Origin: an uncultured Clostridia bacterium
Lineage (GTDB): Bacteria; Bacillota; Clostridia; Oscillospirales; CAG-272
DNA length: 44,038 nt
Assembly (NCBI GenBank): GCA_947367285.1
Contig: CANBDB010000001.1
Location: forward strand, 1 to 44,038
Direction of reading: 5' to 3'
Shown: piece after piece, positions 1 through 9,814 of the stretch
Numbering within the stretch: position 1 is the first letter of the stretch
How the letters are laid out: every line of letters starts with the position of its first letter
Translations under genes and position numbers: made by a program
Notes under the pieces: generated by a model
The model's database searches: none
What the model was told of the DNA's origin: nothing
What the model saw: the letters and a program-made list of their open reading frames with translations, nothing else

Positions 1-536
1 CCAAACAGTTCGATAAATCGGGATTTCACGAGTTCATCTAAAGATGCAATCTCTTCCTTACGTAACGCAATTAAATGCTCGATTCCATCGAGTGTAGCAA
101 CAATCTGCTCCTGTTCCTCAGCAGAAGGAAGATTGATCGGAAAGTCCTTGAGTATGGAGAACTTTAAATTATCACGAACGCTTCCGCTGGCATAGGCTTT
201 TATATATGTCAGCGTAATGTCGCTTTTCAAGTAGTGGAGCAAGTATCTGCGATTCAGCTTCTCATCAACAGAGAAAACCACATACAGAGGACTGACGATT
301 ACTCTATCCTCGCACTCCTGAACATCGACAGAGCCGACGTTTATTCGGGACGGGTTATAGGCAAAGCAACCACGAGGAACGATTTTGTATGTGGTTCGAT
401 CCTGACTGGCAACCTCTTTGCTGAAATATCCTGTACAGAAGCCTTGCTCGTTCGTAACACTATATACGGGAATATCCTCATCAGCCTTGTTGCGAACGGA
501 GTATTCGGATATCAGAGAGCCAAGTTTAACAATCAT
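1..536 (-). CDS. hsdS: Type I restriction-modification specificity subunit HsdS (3'-truncated by window edge)
   Basis: Minus-strand ORF absent from the track because it has no stop in the window. Hand translation: MIVKLGSLISEYSVRNKADEDIPVYSVTNEQGF...NLPSAEEQEQIVATLDGIEHLIALRKEEIASLDELVKSRFIELFG, a TRD followed by the conserved helical spacer. ATG 536-534 overlaps the hsdM stop (ATGA). Confidence 0.85.
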   Translation of the reverse strand, partial: MIVKLGSLISEYSVRNKADEDIPVYSVTNEQGFCTGYFSKEVASQDRTTYKIVPRGCFAYNPSRINVGSVDVQECEDRVIVSPLYVVFSVDEKLNRRYLLHYLKSDITLTYIKAYASGSVRDNLKFSILKDFPINLPSAEEQEQIVATLDGIEHLIALRKEEIASLDELVKSRFIELF

Positions 537-2026
537 AGCATCTTCCTCAATTCTTTCATCTCGCTTGCAATTTCAGCTTCGAGGGCATCGAGTCTATCAA
601 GTATTTCTGCTGTGGAGGGATACTCGACAGCGACATACTCTGTCTTTTTATACTTGTTGATGGAGAGATCGTATCCGTTGTCGATGATTTCTTCTTTGGT
701 TACGAAGAAGCTCTGCTCGGTACGCTCACGACCTTCCTCACCATCAAGGTTATTAAATCTTGCAATGATGTCGGGGATATCGTTAGCTGCAATCGGGCTT
801 CTCTTATCATCAAGGGAGTAGCCGTCTGCCTTCATGTCATAGAACCATACCTTGTCTGTTCCACCTGCATTGGTCTTAGTGAAGATCAGAATTGCAGTTG
901 ACACGCCGGCGTAGGGTTTGAATACACCGGAGGGCATCGAAATGACAGCCACGAGCTTTTGGTTGTCGACGAGTTCCTTGCGGATCGACTTGTGTGCTGT
1001 ACTGCTGCCGAAGAGGACACCATCGGGAACGATGGAGGCACAACGGCCGCCGACCTCGAGCATCTTTACAAAGAGCGTAAGGAACAGAAGCTCCGTTTTC
1101 TTTGTCTTACAGAGAGCAAGCAGATCCTTGCTGATTTCTTCCTGGAACACACTTCCGGTAAAGGGCGGGTTCGCCATAATCAAGCTATAGCAGTTACGCT
1201 CGTTGTTATCACCCGAAAGCGAATCCTGGTAGGTGATATTGGGATCCTCTACACCGTGGAGCATCATGTTCATCGCTCCGATACGGAGCATAGATTGGTC
1301 AGTATCAAAGCCGGAGAACATTCCTGACTTGTAATACTTGGCGTTATCTGCCTTCATCAGCTCCTTGGCATAGTGCGTGGAGATATAGGTCGAAGATTCG
1401 AGCAGGAAGCCTGCACTACCCATTGCGGGATCCAGAATCTTATCTTTAAGGGTAGGCTTCATGAGCTGCACCATCATATTGATGATGTGGCGAGGCGTTC
1501 TGAACTGACCGTTTTCTCCGGCGGCAGCAATCTTGCCAAGCAGATATTCATAGACATCGCCCATGATATCCTTGTTGTTCATATCCATTGCATCAATGCC
1601 GTCAACAACCTTTGCCAACACCTTTGCGGTAGGAATGAGGAAAACAGTGTCCTTCATGTATCGGCTGAATGCAGTATCCTTACCTTCACCAATCTGCTTG
1701 ATAAATGGGAACACATAGTTCTGAATGTTATTGAACATCGCGCCGGGTTCGTAGTTATGGAACACGTGCCATCTTAGGTTTTTGTAATCGGTTTCTACGT
1801 GAGGATTCTCACTGATTACACAGATTCCTTCGCCGAACACACGGTTCTTTAATTTGATGCCGAGTGCGTTAGCACCGGCTTCTGCCTTGAGCTGGTTGTC
1901 ATCCAACAGCTTCATGAACATCAAATATGTAATCTGTTCAAGTACGGTAATGGGGCTTGTGATACCGCCAGTCCATATAGTATCCCAAATGGAATCGACT
2001 TTACTTCTGAGTTCTCCTGTGATCAT
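533..2026 (-). CDS. hsdM: Type I R-M DNA methyltransferase subunit HsdM (N6-adenine)
   Basis: 497 aa. HsdM-type N-terminal domain, motif I ILDPAMGSAGFL, catalytic motif IV NPPF (IMANPPFTGS). Confidence 0.93.
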   Translation of the reverse strand: MITGELRSKVDSIWDTIWTGGITSPITVLEQITYLMFMKLLDDNQLKAEAGANALGIKLKNRVFGEGICVISENPHVETDYKNLRWHVFHNYEPGAMFNNIQNYVFPFIKQIGEGKDTAFSRYMKDTVFLIPTAKVLAKVVDGIDAMDMNNKDIMGDVYEYLLGKIAAAGENGQFRTPRHIINMMVQLMKPTLKDKILDPAMGSAGFLLESSTYISTHYAKELMKADNAKYYKSGMFSGFDTDQSMLRIGAMNMMLHGVEDPNITYQDSLSGDNNERNCYSLIMANPPFTGSVFQEEISKDLLALCKTKKTELLFLTLFVKMLEVGGRCASIVPDGVLFGSSTAHKSIRKELVDNQKLVAVISMPSGVFKPYAGVSTAILIFTKTNAGGTDKVWFYDMKADGYSLDDKRSPIAANDIPDIIARFNNLDGEEGRERTEQSFFVTKEEIIDNGYDLSINKYKKTEYVAVEYPSTAEILDRLDALEAEIASEMKELRKML

Positions 2027-2039
2027 ATCTGCACCATCC

Positions 2040-2249
2040 TCATTCTTTCTCGTATGTTATCTCAACAATGTCGCCTATGTCACACTGAAGAGCTCTGCAT
2101 ATTTTCATAAGGCTTTCGGTGCTGACGTGTTCTTCATGGTTCATGTGTGTGAGCGTTGATCTGCTGAGACCTGCTTGTTCCAGCAGGAACTTTTTCTTGA
2201 GTTTTTTATCGATCAGCAGCTTCCACAATTTATTGTAACTGATACCCAT
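2040..2249 (-). CDS. Small Cro/C1 (XRE)-type HTH protein, controller-like, first gene of the R-M operon
   Basis: 69 aa with HTH LLEQAGLSRSTLTHMNHEE. RBS GAGGTG. Its stop lies 13 nt upstream of the hsdM start on the same strand. Confidence 0.8.
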   Translation of the reverse strand: MGISYNKLWKLLIDKKLKKKFLLEQAGLSRSTLTHMNHEEHVSTESLMKICRALQCDIGDIVEITYEKE

Positions 2250-2277
2250 ACCTACACCTCACAAATATAGATGATTT

Positions 2278-2306
2278 ATTATATCACAAAAAATGACTTT
2301 TTTCAA
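2278..2306 (-). promoter_or_regulatory. Sigma-A type promoter of the HTH-hsdM-hsdS operon
   Basis: Minus strand reads TTGAAA - 17 nt - TATAAT, with the -10 about 28 nt upstream of the HTH ATG. The spacer contains a GTCATTTTT box. Confidence 0.7.
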
Positions 2307-2431
2307 TAGGGCTGAATCCGTTAATTATGACTTTTTGTAAAACTTCAGCACAAAAAACATCTTTAAGAGTCATTTTTGACACGCATTCAAGCTCACACAC
2401 TCTGTTATGATGCAAAACTGGGCGTACAAAA

Positions 2432-2460
2432 AAGTCTGCGTCTTTTTTTGACGCAGACTT
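2432..2460 (-). terminator. Rho-independent terminator after the XRE gene
   Basis: 11-bp stem AAGTCTGCGTC/GACGCAGACTT with a 7-nt loop, followed on the minus strand by TTTTGT. Lies 8 nt downstream of the stop at 2468. Confidence 0.75.
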
Positions 2461-2467
2461 GTGTTTG

Positions 2468-2800
2468 TCAGATTTTCTTTTGACTGTGCTTTACCATTGT
2501 CTCAACAACCTCATAGATGCGGTTGCGATCCTCGTCCGACAGCTTTTCAAGCTGCTCGGTCAGTCTTGAATTTTTGACCTTGTATCCGGTAGTAAGAACA
2601 TCAGCAAGCAATAATTCGGATGAGACTTCCAATGCATTGGCTATCTCTATAAACTTATCGAGTCTCGGGAGTCTTTCCCCTCGCTCGATCATGCCGATAT
2701 AGGTAACGCTGAGATTCGTTCTTTCCGCAAGATCCTCTTGCTTCATATACCGAGCTTCTCTGTACTGCCGTATACGTTTACCAATAGATGAATTAGACAT
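2468..2800 (-). CDS. XRE-family HTH transcriptional regulator (candidate element repressor)
   Basis: 110 aa from ATG 2800 (RBS GGGAGGTGG); the track ORF extends to 2866. HTH MKQEDLAERTNLSVTYIGMIERGERLP. Confidence 0.85.
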   Translation of the reverse strand: MSNSSIGKRIRQYREARYMKQEDLAERTNLSVTYIGMIERGERLPRLDKFIEIANALEVSSELLLADVLTTGYKVKNSRLTEQLEKLSDEDRNRIYEVVETMVKHSQKKI

Positions 2801-2900
2801 TTGCCACCTCCCACAGTTATTATTCATAACTGTCGGTATAAGTATACAACATTGGGTTTGTTTCATACAGAAACGCCGTGTATTGAACCATAACGCTCTG

Positions 2901-2929
2901 TTGATTTTTCAAGAAAAATATGCTATAAT
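2901..2929 (+). promoter_or_regulatory. Sigma-A type promoter of the DUF1273/SLOG gene
   Basis: TTGATT (2901-2906) - 17 nt - TATAAT (2924-2929), 25 nt upstream of ATG 2955. Confidence 0.7.
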
Positions 2930-2954
2930 ATATCGAAAGGCGGTGGTGAAATGC

Positions 2955-3401
2955 ATGAGAGATAAAACAGCAACTTTTATAGGTCACAAGGATTGTTACG
3001 GAGTCCAAGAGGAGGTCGTTCGATCCTACATCATTGAGCTAATTGAATCCGGTGTAACTGAATTCCTTTGCGGAGGCATGGGATCCTTCGATTGGATGTG
3101 CGCCAGGATTGTATATAAACTGAAAAAACAATACCCGCATGTTCGAAGTTTTCTCGTCATACCGTATCTGACCTTCAATGTTCTTGATCGGGAATATTTT
3201 GATGATGTGATCTATCCTGAAGGATTCGAAAAGTATCACTTCAAAGCTGCAATTCCGGCTCGCAACAAATACATGATTGAAAACTCGGCCTACGCCGTCT
3301 GCTACGTTGATCACGGTTGGGGCGGAGCAGCTCAAACATACGCGAAGGCAATTAAGAAAGGGCTTGTCATTAAGAACCTCGGTTCTTATACTCCCTCTTA
3401 A
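2955..3401 (+). CDS. SLOG-superfamily protein (DUF1273 / YpsA-YoqJ-like)
   Basis: 148 aa from ATG 2955 (RBS AGGCGGTGGTGA). MRDKTATFIGHKD..., GGMGSFDWMCARIV, ARNKYMIENSAYAVCYVDHGWGGAAQTY resemble the DUF1273 pattern. The only plus-strand ICE gene in the window. Confidence 0.65.
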   Translation: MRDKTATFIGHKDCYGVQEEVVRSYIIELIESGVTEFLCGGMGSFDWMCARIVYKLKKQYPHVRSFLVIPYLTFNVLDREYFDDVIYPEGFEKYHFKAAIPARNKYMIENSAYAVCYVDHGWGGAAQTYAKAIKKGLVIKNLGSYTPS

Positions 3402-3779
<378 letters not shown>

Positions 3780-5672
3780 CGACGATATCTCCCTTCTCGT
3801 TGATTATGATCTCGGTTTCTTCACCTGCAGGGATGTTGGACTGTGACATAGGCATACTGTCGCCCTTTTCGGCATCATCGTCATCATCCGTTTCAGCCTT
3901 CGGTTTTCTTCCTGGCTTGCGAGGCGAGAATGCCATGTCGGTTCGGTTTCGCCGATCGGGACCGGGACGGTGCGTTGCACGTTCTTCCTCGGTCATCTTT
4001 TCGCCAACGCTCTGCGTAGAATACAGCATTACAATTGTATCCTCGAGATTGGATTTGTTTGCATAGGACACCTTTCGGTTACCCTTATCCGCTACGACAT
4101 AGATTTCCTTCGGGAATACAATTCCCCACTTAAAGAAGAGCTTTAGCTTGACCTGCATGGGATGGAAGCCTGTCTTCATTACGACGAAGGTTCCCTTGGG
4201 AAGGGATTTCAGCTCGTCCGGTGTGAGCAAGGCTCGCTCGATCATCTGCAAGCTCTGAGAAGGATCGTTCTTGCCTCGGTTCACGGAACCTGACTGTACT
4301 GTTCTACTACCGAGAGCCTTGGACAGCACTTGTGCAGATTCGCTGTTGGGAGCGAAACCGCCGAACACCGTGAGCTGCGTATTATCGGTGATGATCTCAC
4401 AGCCCTCTTTGCCGTAGTTCTTTTGGAGCTGTGCGAAGGACTGAATAATGGCAACGATAGATACTCTACGGGAACGGGATGCGGAGAACATCATCTCGGC
4501 ACCTTCGATCTTCGGGATCGTACCGAACTCGTCAAGATACATCATGACTCTGTTTTTCAGTCGGCCGTCGTTTTCATCGGCAACCGCGAGGATCTCACGG
4601 TACATCTGCTGAACGATCAAAGACACCATAAAGTGTTTGGAGGTGTCTTCCTCGGGAAGCACGATAAAAATGGCAGATTTCGTGCTGCAGAACTTCTCGG
4701 CATCGATGGCAGTATCGAAGCAGAGGATCTGTTCCAGCTCGGAGTCGAGGAACGCGTTCAGTCGGGACAATGCCGTGGACATAACCGAGGACATGGCCTG
4801 CTCAGAGGTGTTAAGTGCCGCACCCGCAAACCAACGAGCCTTATGCTCTTCGGGGAGTCGGCTGACGAGCAATTGGAACTGTGTTTTTCCTCTCGTTCCA
4901 CTCGGCGCCAGCAAGTCCTGAATGATTTTGAACACCGATACGATGTGTCTTGTTTCGGGCGGACAGAATTCCGCTACCATAAGGATGGACGCAGTCAGCA
5001 AGCCTTCGGCGGCATCATAGAAGAATGCGTTTTGTCCGAAGGATGCTCCATCCATACCGGACATGATGATGGTCTTGGATATGATCTTTGCGTACTTTTC
5101 TGCTTTCGCTTTGTAGGCGAGATTGTCGGGTTCCGCTTTCCACAGATCCATATACTTGTTCACGAGGTGGAGCAGATTATTGCCGTCCGACTTAGTGGGA
5201 TTACGCAGGTCAATAACGGCGACGTTGTATCCATAGTGTTCCTTTGCGATTTTACCGTAGTGTCGGTACAGGTCACCCTTTGTATCGGACGTGATGAAGG
5301 ACATACCCGACGCACAGGCGTATTCAAGATTGGGATACAGGAAGTATGCTGTCTTACCGACACCTGCTGCACCGATCATCAGAGCATGAACGTCGCCGGT
5401 GTCCACAAGTGCTGTTGTTCCGGTCGCTGTTGAGTTGCACCCTACGACGATGCCTTGATCATCGGGCTTCGGCAGGTTCTTGCCTTTACGCCACAGCTCC
5501 GGTGTAAACGGGATGTGTCGGTAGGTCTTTTCGATCTCGCCCTTACGCGCCCATCTCGCTGTACCGTGCTGGCCGTCACCGACCGTCTTGGCTTTGATAT
5601 TGTTGAGGTTATAGATGTGTGCAAGCACCGAGATTGCACCAAGCACCACAAACATCACGATGGAAACGACGA

Positions 5673-7019
5673 TTAATGTTTCGATTCCTTGCATGGCTTC
5701 TCCTTTCTTTCAAGGTAATTGATCAGACGAATGCAGTCCATCGCAGTCTTGAGAATGGGCTTTGTAAAGATCTCTATCTCGTTGAACATACTCGGGATCT
5801 CGTACACCCTTGCAAGCTCGTTCATGTCGGTTGCAATCTGCCGTATGCGGATCTCGGTATTCCCGTTATCCGCGTGCGGGATATATTCACGGATCAGCAG
5901 CTCGTAGACCTCATCCCACGAGACCTCGTTCAGACTCTTTCTGCATTCGTCCTTGGATAATAAAAGGAGCAGACCGATTAACTTCTCGATCTGCTCCTTG
6001 TTGACGTGGGGCATTCTGTTTTGAACGCTTGTAAACACGTCGCATATTCTGTTGTAGAGCTGCGGTGGCTTCCGCAGTTCTTTTGCTTCTGAGATAAACT
6101 CTCGGCATAGCTTTCGTATTGCTTCGGTTTCATCCGACTCCGCTTTGATGGGTGTGATGCCATTCATTGCTTTCACATCCTCATCCCAATCCTTGTTGAC
6201 CGAACGAAGCATCCGCACGTTATTGTATCCGTTCTGCATGAGGATATCTCGTATCCGCACACAAGCGGCAATACCAGCGTTGTCGTGATCAAGGCACAAC
6301 ACAACCTTTCGGATGTGCTTGTTGATCTTCAGCCGATGAAGGATGGCACGCTCGGATACAGAGCACAGCGCCACGTAAGAATGCCTCGTCCATTCTTTTT
6401 GATGAAAGGTGATAAACGCAAGCATATCGATGGGAGCCTCAAATACAAATAACCATTCGCTTTCGCCGTCATAGTGGAAGCTGTATTCCGCTTTACTGCC
6501 TGACTCGGTCTGCTTGAAGGAGCCGTGTGTTCCTCTGCGGTGAATGTGCTTCGGCACACCGTCTTCATCCACACCGACGAAGATGCAGTTATGATACTGC
6601 TCATCTTCATAGAGCGTTCTTTCGTGTGCAAAGAAGGAGATTACCTCACGGGAGATAAACCTTTCATTCATGAGGTACGCATACACACGGTTCATTGTTG
6701 TATTTGCCTTGGGGATTACAAGCTCCGTTAGTTTCTTCTCTTTGACGGTTGGTGTATTGCACACAGCAATCCCACCGCCGAGCAGTTCTGCAACGGCATC
6801 CTGAAATCCCATCGAGTAATACTTCATAACAAAGCTGATCGCATAACCACCTGCCGCATCGTAGTGCGTGTACCAACGGTTATCTCGGATCCATACTTGG
6901 TGCTTTTCCCACAGATGCTGTACTCCGAACTTTTTGAGCTGCTCTCCGTGAGAATAAAGAAAAGCGACGAGACTTGTATTGTTCGCCGCTTCAATTTGCT
7001 GTTCTGAATAGTGTGGCAT
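5673..7019 (-). CDS. DUF3991 + Toprim domain protein (TraC/primase-like)
   Basis: 448 aa from ATG 7019 (RBS AAGGAGG, 10 nt after the relaxase stop). The track start 7310 would overlap the relaxase. Toprim-like VVLCLDHDNAG. Confidence 0.75.
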   Translation of the reverse strand: MPHYSEQQIEAANNTSLVAFLYSHGEQLKKFGVQHLWEKHQVWIRDNRWYTHYDAAGGYAISFVMKYYSMGFQDAVAELLGGGIAVCNTPTVKEKKLTELVIPKANTTMNRVYAYLMNERFISREVISFFAHERTLYEDEQYHNCIFVGVDEDGVPKHIHRRGTHGSFKQTESGSKAEYSFHYDGESEWLFVFEAPIDMLAFITFHQKEWTRHSYVALCSVSERAILHRLKINKHIRKVVLCLDHDNAGIAACVRIRDILMQNGYNNVRMLRSVNKDWDEDVKAMNGITPIKAESDETEAIRKLCREFISEAKELRKPPQLYNRICDVFTSVQNRMPHVNKEQIEKLIGLLLLLSKDECRKSLNEVSWDEVYELLIREYIPHADNGNTEIRIRQIATDMNELARVYEIPSMFNEIEIFTKPILKTAMDCIRLINYLERKEKPCKESKH

Positions 7020-7029
7020 GTTACCTCCT

Positions 7030-8490
7030 TTACATAGAAATGTTCTGACCTTTCTTCTTTGCTTCAATCTCTCGTTTGAGTCTGCTGTCCACTCCCATCG
7101 GAGCGTGTTTTGCTTGCTCGTCGAAGCGGTCACGGAAGATGCGGGAAAGGCTGTTACCGAATCTTGTAATCGACGTAGCGATATATCCGTTTCGAGCTGC
7201 GGTATAATTTGAATGACTTTTCGGTTGCGTTGTATTTGTGCTTTGCGTACTTGATGCGGTATTGTTCGTTGTGTGAGACGAACTACCACCCTTGGATGAC
7301 TTATCATCATCGTTGTCCTCGGGTGCGTCTTCAGATTGCTCTTCCTGGTCGTTATCTAAGGTGAGCAGGATCTTTCCGAGTTCATCCGCTTCCTTGATCA
7401 TCGCATTGCGAATTGGCTTGAATGCCTCTTCTCGTGACAGCGGTTTTCTCGGTGGTGGATTATCCGTATAGGTTGCGTATACTGCACACTTCGCCTGATA
7501 CCACAACTCGTAGATGCGATCAATGTCTTCATCCTTTTCCAGCAGATCGACAAGCTCGTTGACCATCGCTTTGACGCTCTTGGGAAGATAACCGTACACT
7601 TTCTTACCGGACACACTTTGCATTCGTTTTGCAAGCGCAACAAACTTCATAACGAACTCACCGTTATCTGCAAGTCCGTTCTTGATCTTATCGGCAAGGA
7701 CTGTGATCTCATCACGCGCATCTGCATTGAGCAGGTTGCGGTATTCGGTTTGCTCTTTGTAGTAGTTATCGAGATCTTCCGAGAAAATCTCCGTGCCAAA
7801 CAAATGCCGAAGATTATCGATGCCTTTCTTATCAATGAATCCCTTTTCAAACTTGTCGGTTGAGTATAGCATCAAGTGTATATGCGGGTGATGGGACTCA
7901 TTGTGAAATGCACCGAACCACTTCAGCGCTCCGGGAGGTATCTTGTATTCCTTTGCAACATCATCAATTCGGTTTTGCACAAGGGTGCGCCAACGCTCTG
8001 CGTAGTTGTAGCCGAGCCGTTCCGCATCATGACGTTTCAGAGAAACGATCACGGTGAACACGTTACCTTCATGTTGTCGTACCTTTTCAGCTTCTTCATC
8101 AAGATCGATTGCAACACCGTCGCTTGAAAACAAACCGTGCTTACCGCCTATGCGCTCTACGCGAGGACGTGTTGCGATATAGTCAAGATAGGTTTTATCG
8201 GATAGCAGGTGCGGATAGTTTTCAAGCACAGCGGATATGAATTCCGATGCTGCTCCTTTTGTTTTGGAAAAAGCATAGCTTCCGTACTCTTGCATTCGCC
8301 GACAGCTTTTGTGCTGTTCACAAAACTGCATGATGAGTTCCTCTTGCGCTTTTGATACAGGTTCAGACTGCCAGCCGTCACCGAGCTTATCTACACCTTC
8401 TCGAGTTGCAATATATTTGAGCATACCACCGATGTCACGAACTGATTTTGAAGACGAGTAGTATTTGCATTTCACAATGATTCTTGGCAT
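7030..8490 (-). CDS. Conjugative relaxase, MOBP-type (MobP3/MobL-like)
   Basis: 486 aa. N-terminus MPRIIVKCKYY...YIATREGV and histidine triad FHNESHHPHIHLMLYS. Confidence 0.8.
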   Translation of the reverse strand: MPRIIVKCKYYSSSKSVRDIGGMLKYIATREGVDKLGDGWQSEPVSKAQEELIMQFCEQHKSCRRMQEYGSYAFSKTKGAASEFISAVLENYPHLLSDKTYLDYIATRPRVERIGGKHGLFSSDGVAIDLDEEAEKVRQHEGNVFTVIVSLKRHDAERLGYNYAERWRTLVQNRIDDVAKEYKIPPGALKWFGAFHNESHHPHIHLMLYSTDKFEKGFIDKKGIDNLRHLFGTEIFSEDLDNYYKEQTEYRNLLNADARDEITVLADKIKNGLADNGEFVMKFVALAKRMQSVSGKKVYGYLPKSVKAMVNELVDLLEKDEDIDRIYELWYQAKCAVYATYTDNPPPRKPLSREEAFKPIRNAMIKEADELGKILLTLDNDQEEQSEDAPEDNDDDKSSKGGSSSHTTNNTASSTQSTNTTQPKSHSNYTAARNGYIATSITRFGNSLSRIFRDRFDEQAKHAPMGVDSRLKREIEAKKKGQNISM

Positions 8491-8492
8491 AC

Positions 8493-8924
8493 TTAATCAT
8501 CCGTTCCGAAGCCACGTTCCTCTTCCACAGCATCCTCGAAGGTGATATATCCATGTGTCCTACGAACACGATCGATAGATCGGTTACGGACGTTGCGAAT
8601 TTCTTCATCATCAAGCTCAACGTATCCGGCTGCAAGCAGATAGTTATGCATTCCGAGTTCTACAGCAATCTTAAACATTGCATGACAGATACGGTTCATA
8701 TCGTTACGAGTCATTGCACGAACATTGCTTGTGATTCTGTCGACCAGGATGTCGCAATTCTTTTCGCCGTCAATGTCAGCGCAGTATCTTCGTATTGCTT
8801 CGGTTACAAACGCAGAACGATCATCACCGTTCATATACTTGTGGGTTTCGATCAGCTCGTTTACCTCCGGTCTGATGCGAAAACCGTACTTCTTTTTCTC
8901 TACTTTTTCCGTAGTTTGCTTCAT
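8493..8924 (-). CDS. Putative relaxosome accessory protein (RHH/MobC-like)
   Basis: 143 aa from ATG 8924 (RBS GGAGG). Basic N-terminus KKKYGFRIRPEVNELI. Its stop is 2 nt upstream of the relaxase start. Confidence 0.5.
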   Translation of the reverse strand: MKQTTEKVEKKKYGFRIRPEVNELIETHKYMNGDDRSAFVTEAIRRYCADIDGEKNCDILVDRITSNVRAMTRNDMNRICHAMFKIAVELGMHNYLLAAGYVELDDEEIRNVRNRSIDRVRRTHGYITFEDAVEEERGFGTDD

Positions 8925-9008
8925 AAATACCTCCGTTTCGGGCTGAAAATGGTGGGTTCCAGAAAGGCGACAGGTGCGAGAAAAAGTCTCCACCCCAAAA
9001 CCTTTCAA

Positions 9009-9215
9009 AATCTCTTGAAAACGCCCTCACAGCCCGCTGTTGCGGGCTGATGTGAGCGTGCGGGCAGGACTTTAGTCCCCAGCACTTTAACCCGCTTAAA
9101 AATAAGTTCCGTCAAAATCCCTCGCAGATTCTCTCAAAACACCCCCGAACCGTCAGCACTTTGGCACCAACGGTTAAAGGGCGCAGATGAGCCTTCACGA
9201 GCCGTCAAAAAGCGT
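9009..9215. other. Candidate oriT / relaxosome assembly region
   Basis: Non-coding 207 bp immediately upstream of the accessory-relaxase operon. Contains inverted repeat CAGCCCGC-TGTT-GCGGGCTG (9030-9049), GGAC-TTTA-GTCC (9067-9078), 3 x CCGTCA (9109, 9150, 9202) and 2 x CAGCACTTT (9080, 9154). Confidence 0.45.
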
Positions 9216-9518
9216 TTACACGGGCTTTTCTTCGTTCGGTCGGGTGTTTATGCCACCATCTGATTCTTCGCCTGAAACGGCGTTACGGTCGGCATTTGGT
9301 TTCTTGCGAGTGGATCGCTGCGGAGGAGAGGCTTTCGCCTCCTCCGCTTCTTTCTTCTCAATGAATTCACGCACTGCCTGAGGTACGTGCTTCTTATAGA
9401 GCGTATCCATGAAGCGGTCGAGCTCTTCACTCAGTGTTGCGTTCTTATCCTTGAGGAAGATATTGATTGCATCGAGCTTCGCATCATCGAAGCTGAATTC
9501 TATCGTCGTTGGTTTCAT
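9216..9518 (-). CDS. Small protein of unknown function (paralogue of 9815..10111)
   Basis: 100 aa. Helical N-half (LDRFMDTLYKKHVPQAVREFIEKK) and a K/R/E-rich tail. Confidence 0.6.
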   Translation of the reverse strand: MKPTTIEFSFDDAKLDAINIFLKDKNATLSEELDRFMDTLYKKHVPQAVREFIEKKEAEEAKASPPQRSTRKKPNADRNAVSGEESDGGINTRPNEEKPV

Positions 9519-9530
9519 CTTCTACCTCCG

Positions 9531-9806
9531 TTACATTCTGATTGCTGTGTCGGCTTGCCCAACGTCAACGTAGGCAAGCGACTCGGTCTGCGCGTAGACG
9601 AGGTCGCCGTTGTTGTAGTCCTCGATCATCTTCTCGGCTTCGGTCATGGTATGAGCCGAGTCGTACCACCGCGACTCCATCTCGGAAAGCGTTGCTTCTA
9701 TCGTATCGTGAACGTGATTCGAGTAGTGCTTCGCTGCTTCGAGGAAGGCATCACGGCCGAGCCGTTTATACAGACCGTGAAGAGTTTTCATCTTGCCGTG
9801 TGCCAT
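9531..9806 (-). CDS. Hypothetical protein
   Basis: 91 aa, co-directional, tight spacing. No recognisable motif. Confidence 0.5.
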   Translation of the reverse strand: MAHGKMKTLHGLYKRLGRDAFLEAAKHYSNHVHDTIEATLSEMESRWYDSAHTMTEAEKMIEDYNNGDLVYAQTESLAYVDVGQADTAIRM

Positions 9807-9814
9807 CGGTCACC

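Noticed and set aside
234-821. 195-aa plus-strand ORF at the left edge
   Set aside because: Antisense to hsdS and hsdM, whose products have unambiguous family features.
4330-5433. 367-aa plus-strand ORF
   Set aside because: Lies fully antisense to the well-supported VirD4-like gene. It has no RBS, an odd Cys/Arg/His-rich composition and no motifs, so it is an antisense shadow ORF.
7020-7310. N-terminal 97-aa extension of the Toprim ORF (similar long versions at 35614..36936, 32559..33512, 14835..15638, 8493..9008, 2468..2866)
   Set aside because: The extensions overlap upstream genes or lack an RBS. Internal ATGs have strong RBSs and coincide with the conserved N-termini of the families (MKKIRYLDMFAGVGG, MSWIGGKK and others).
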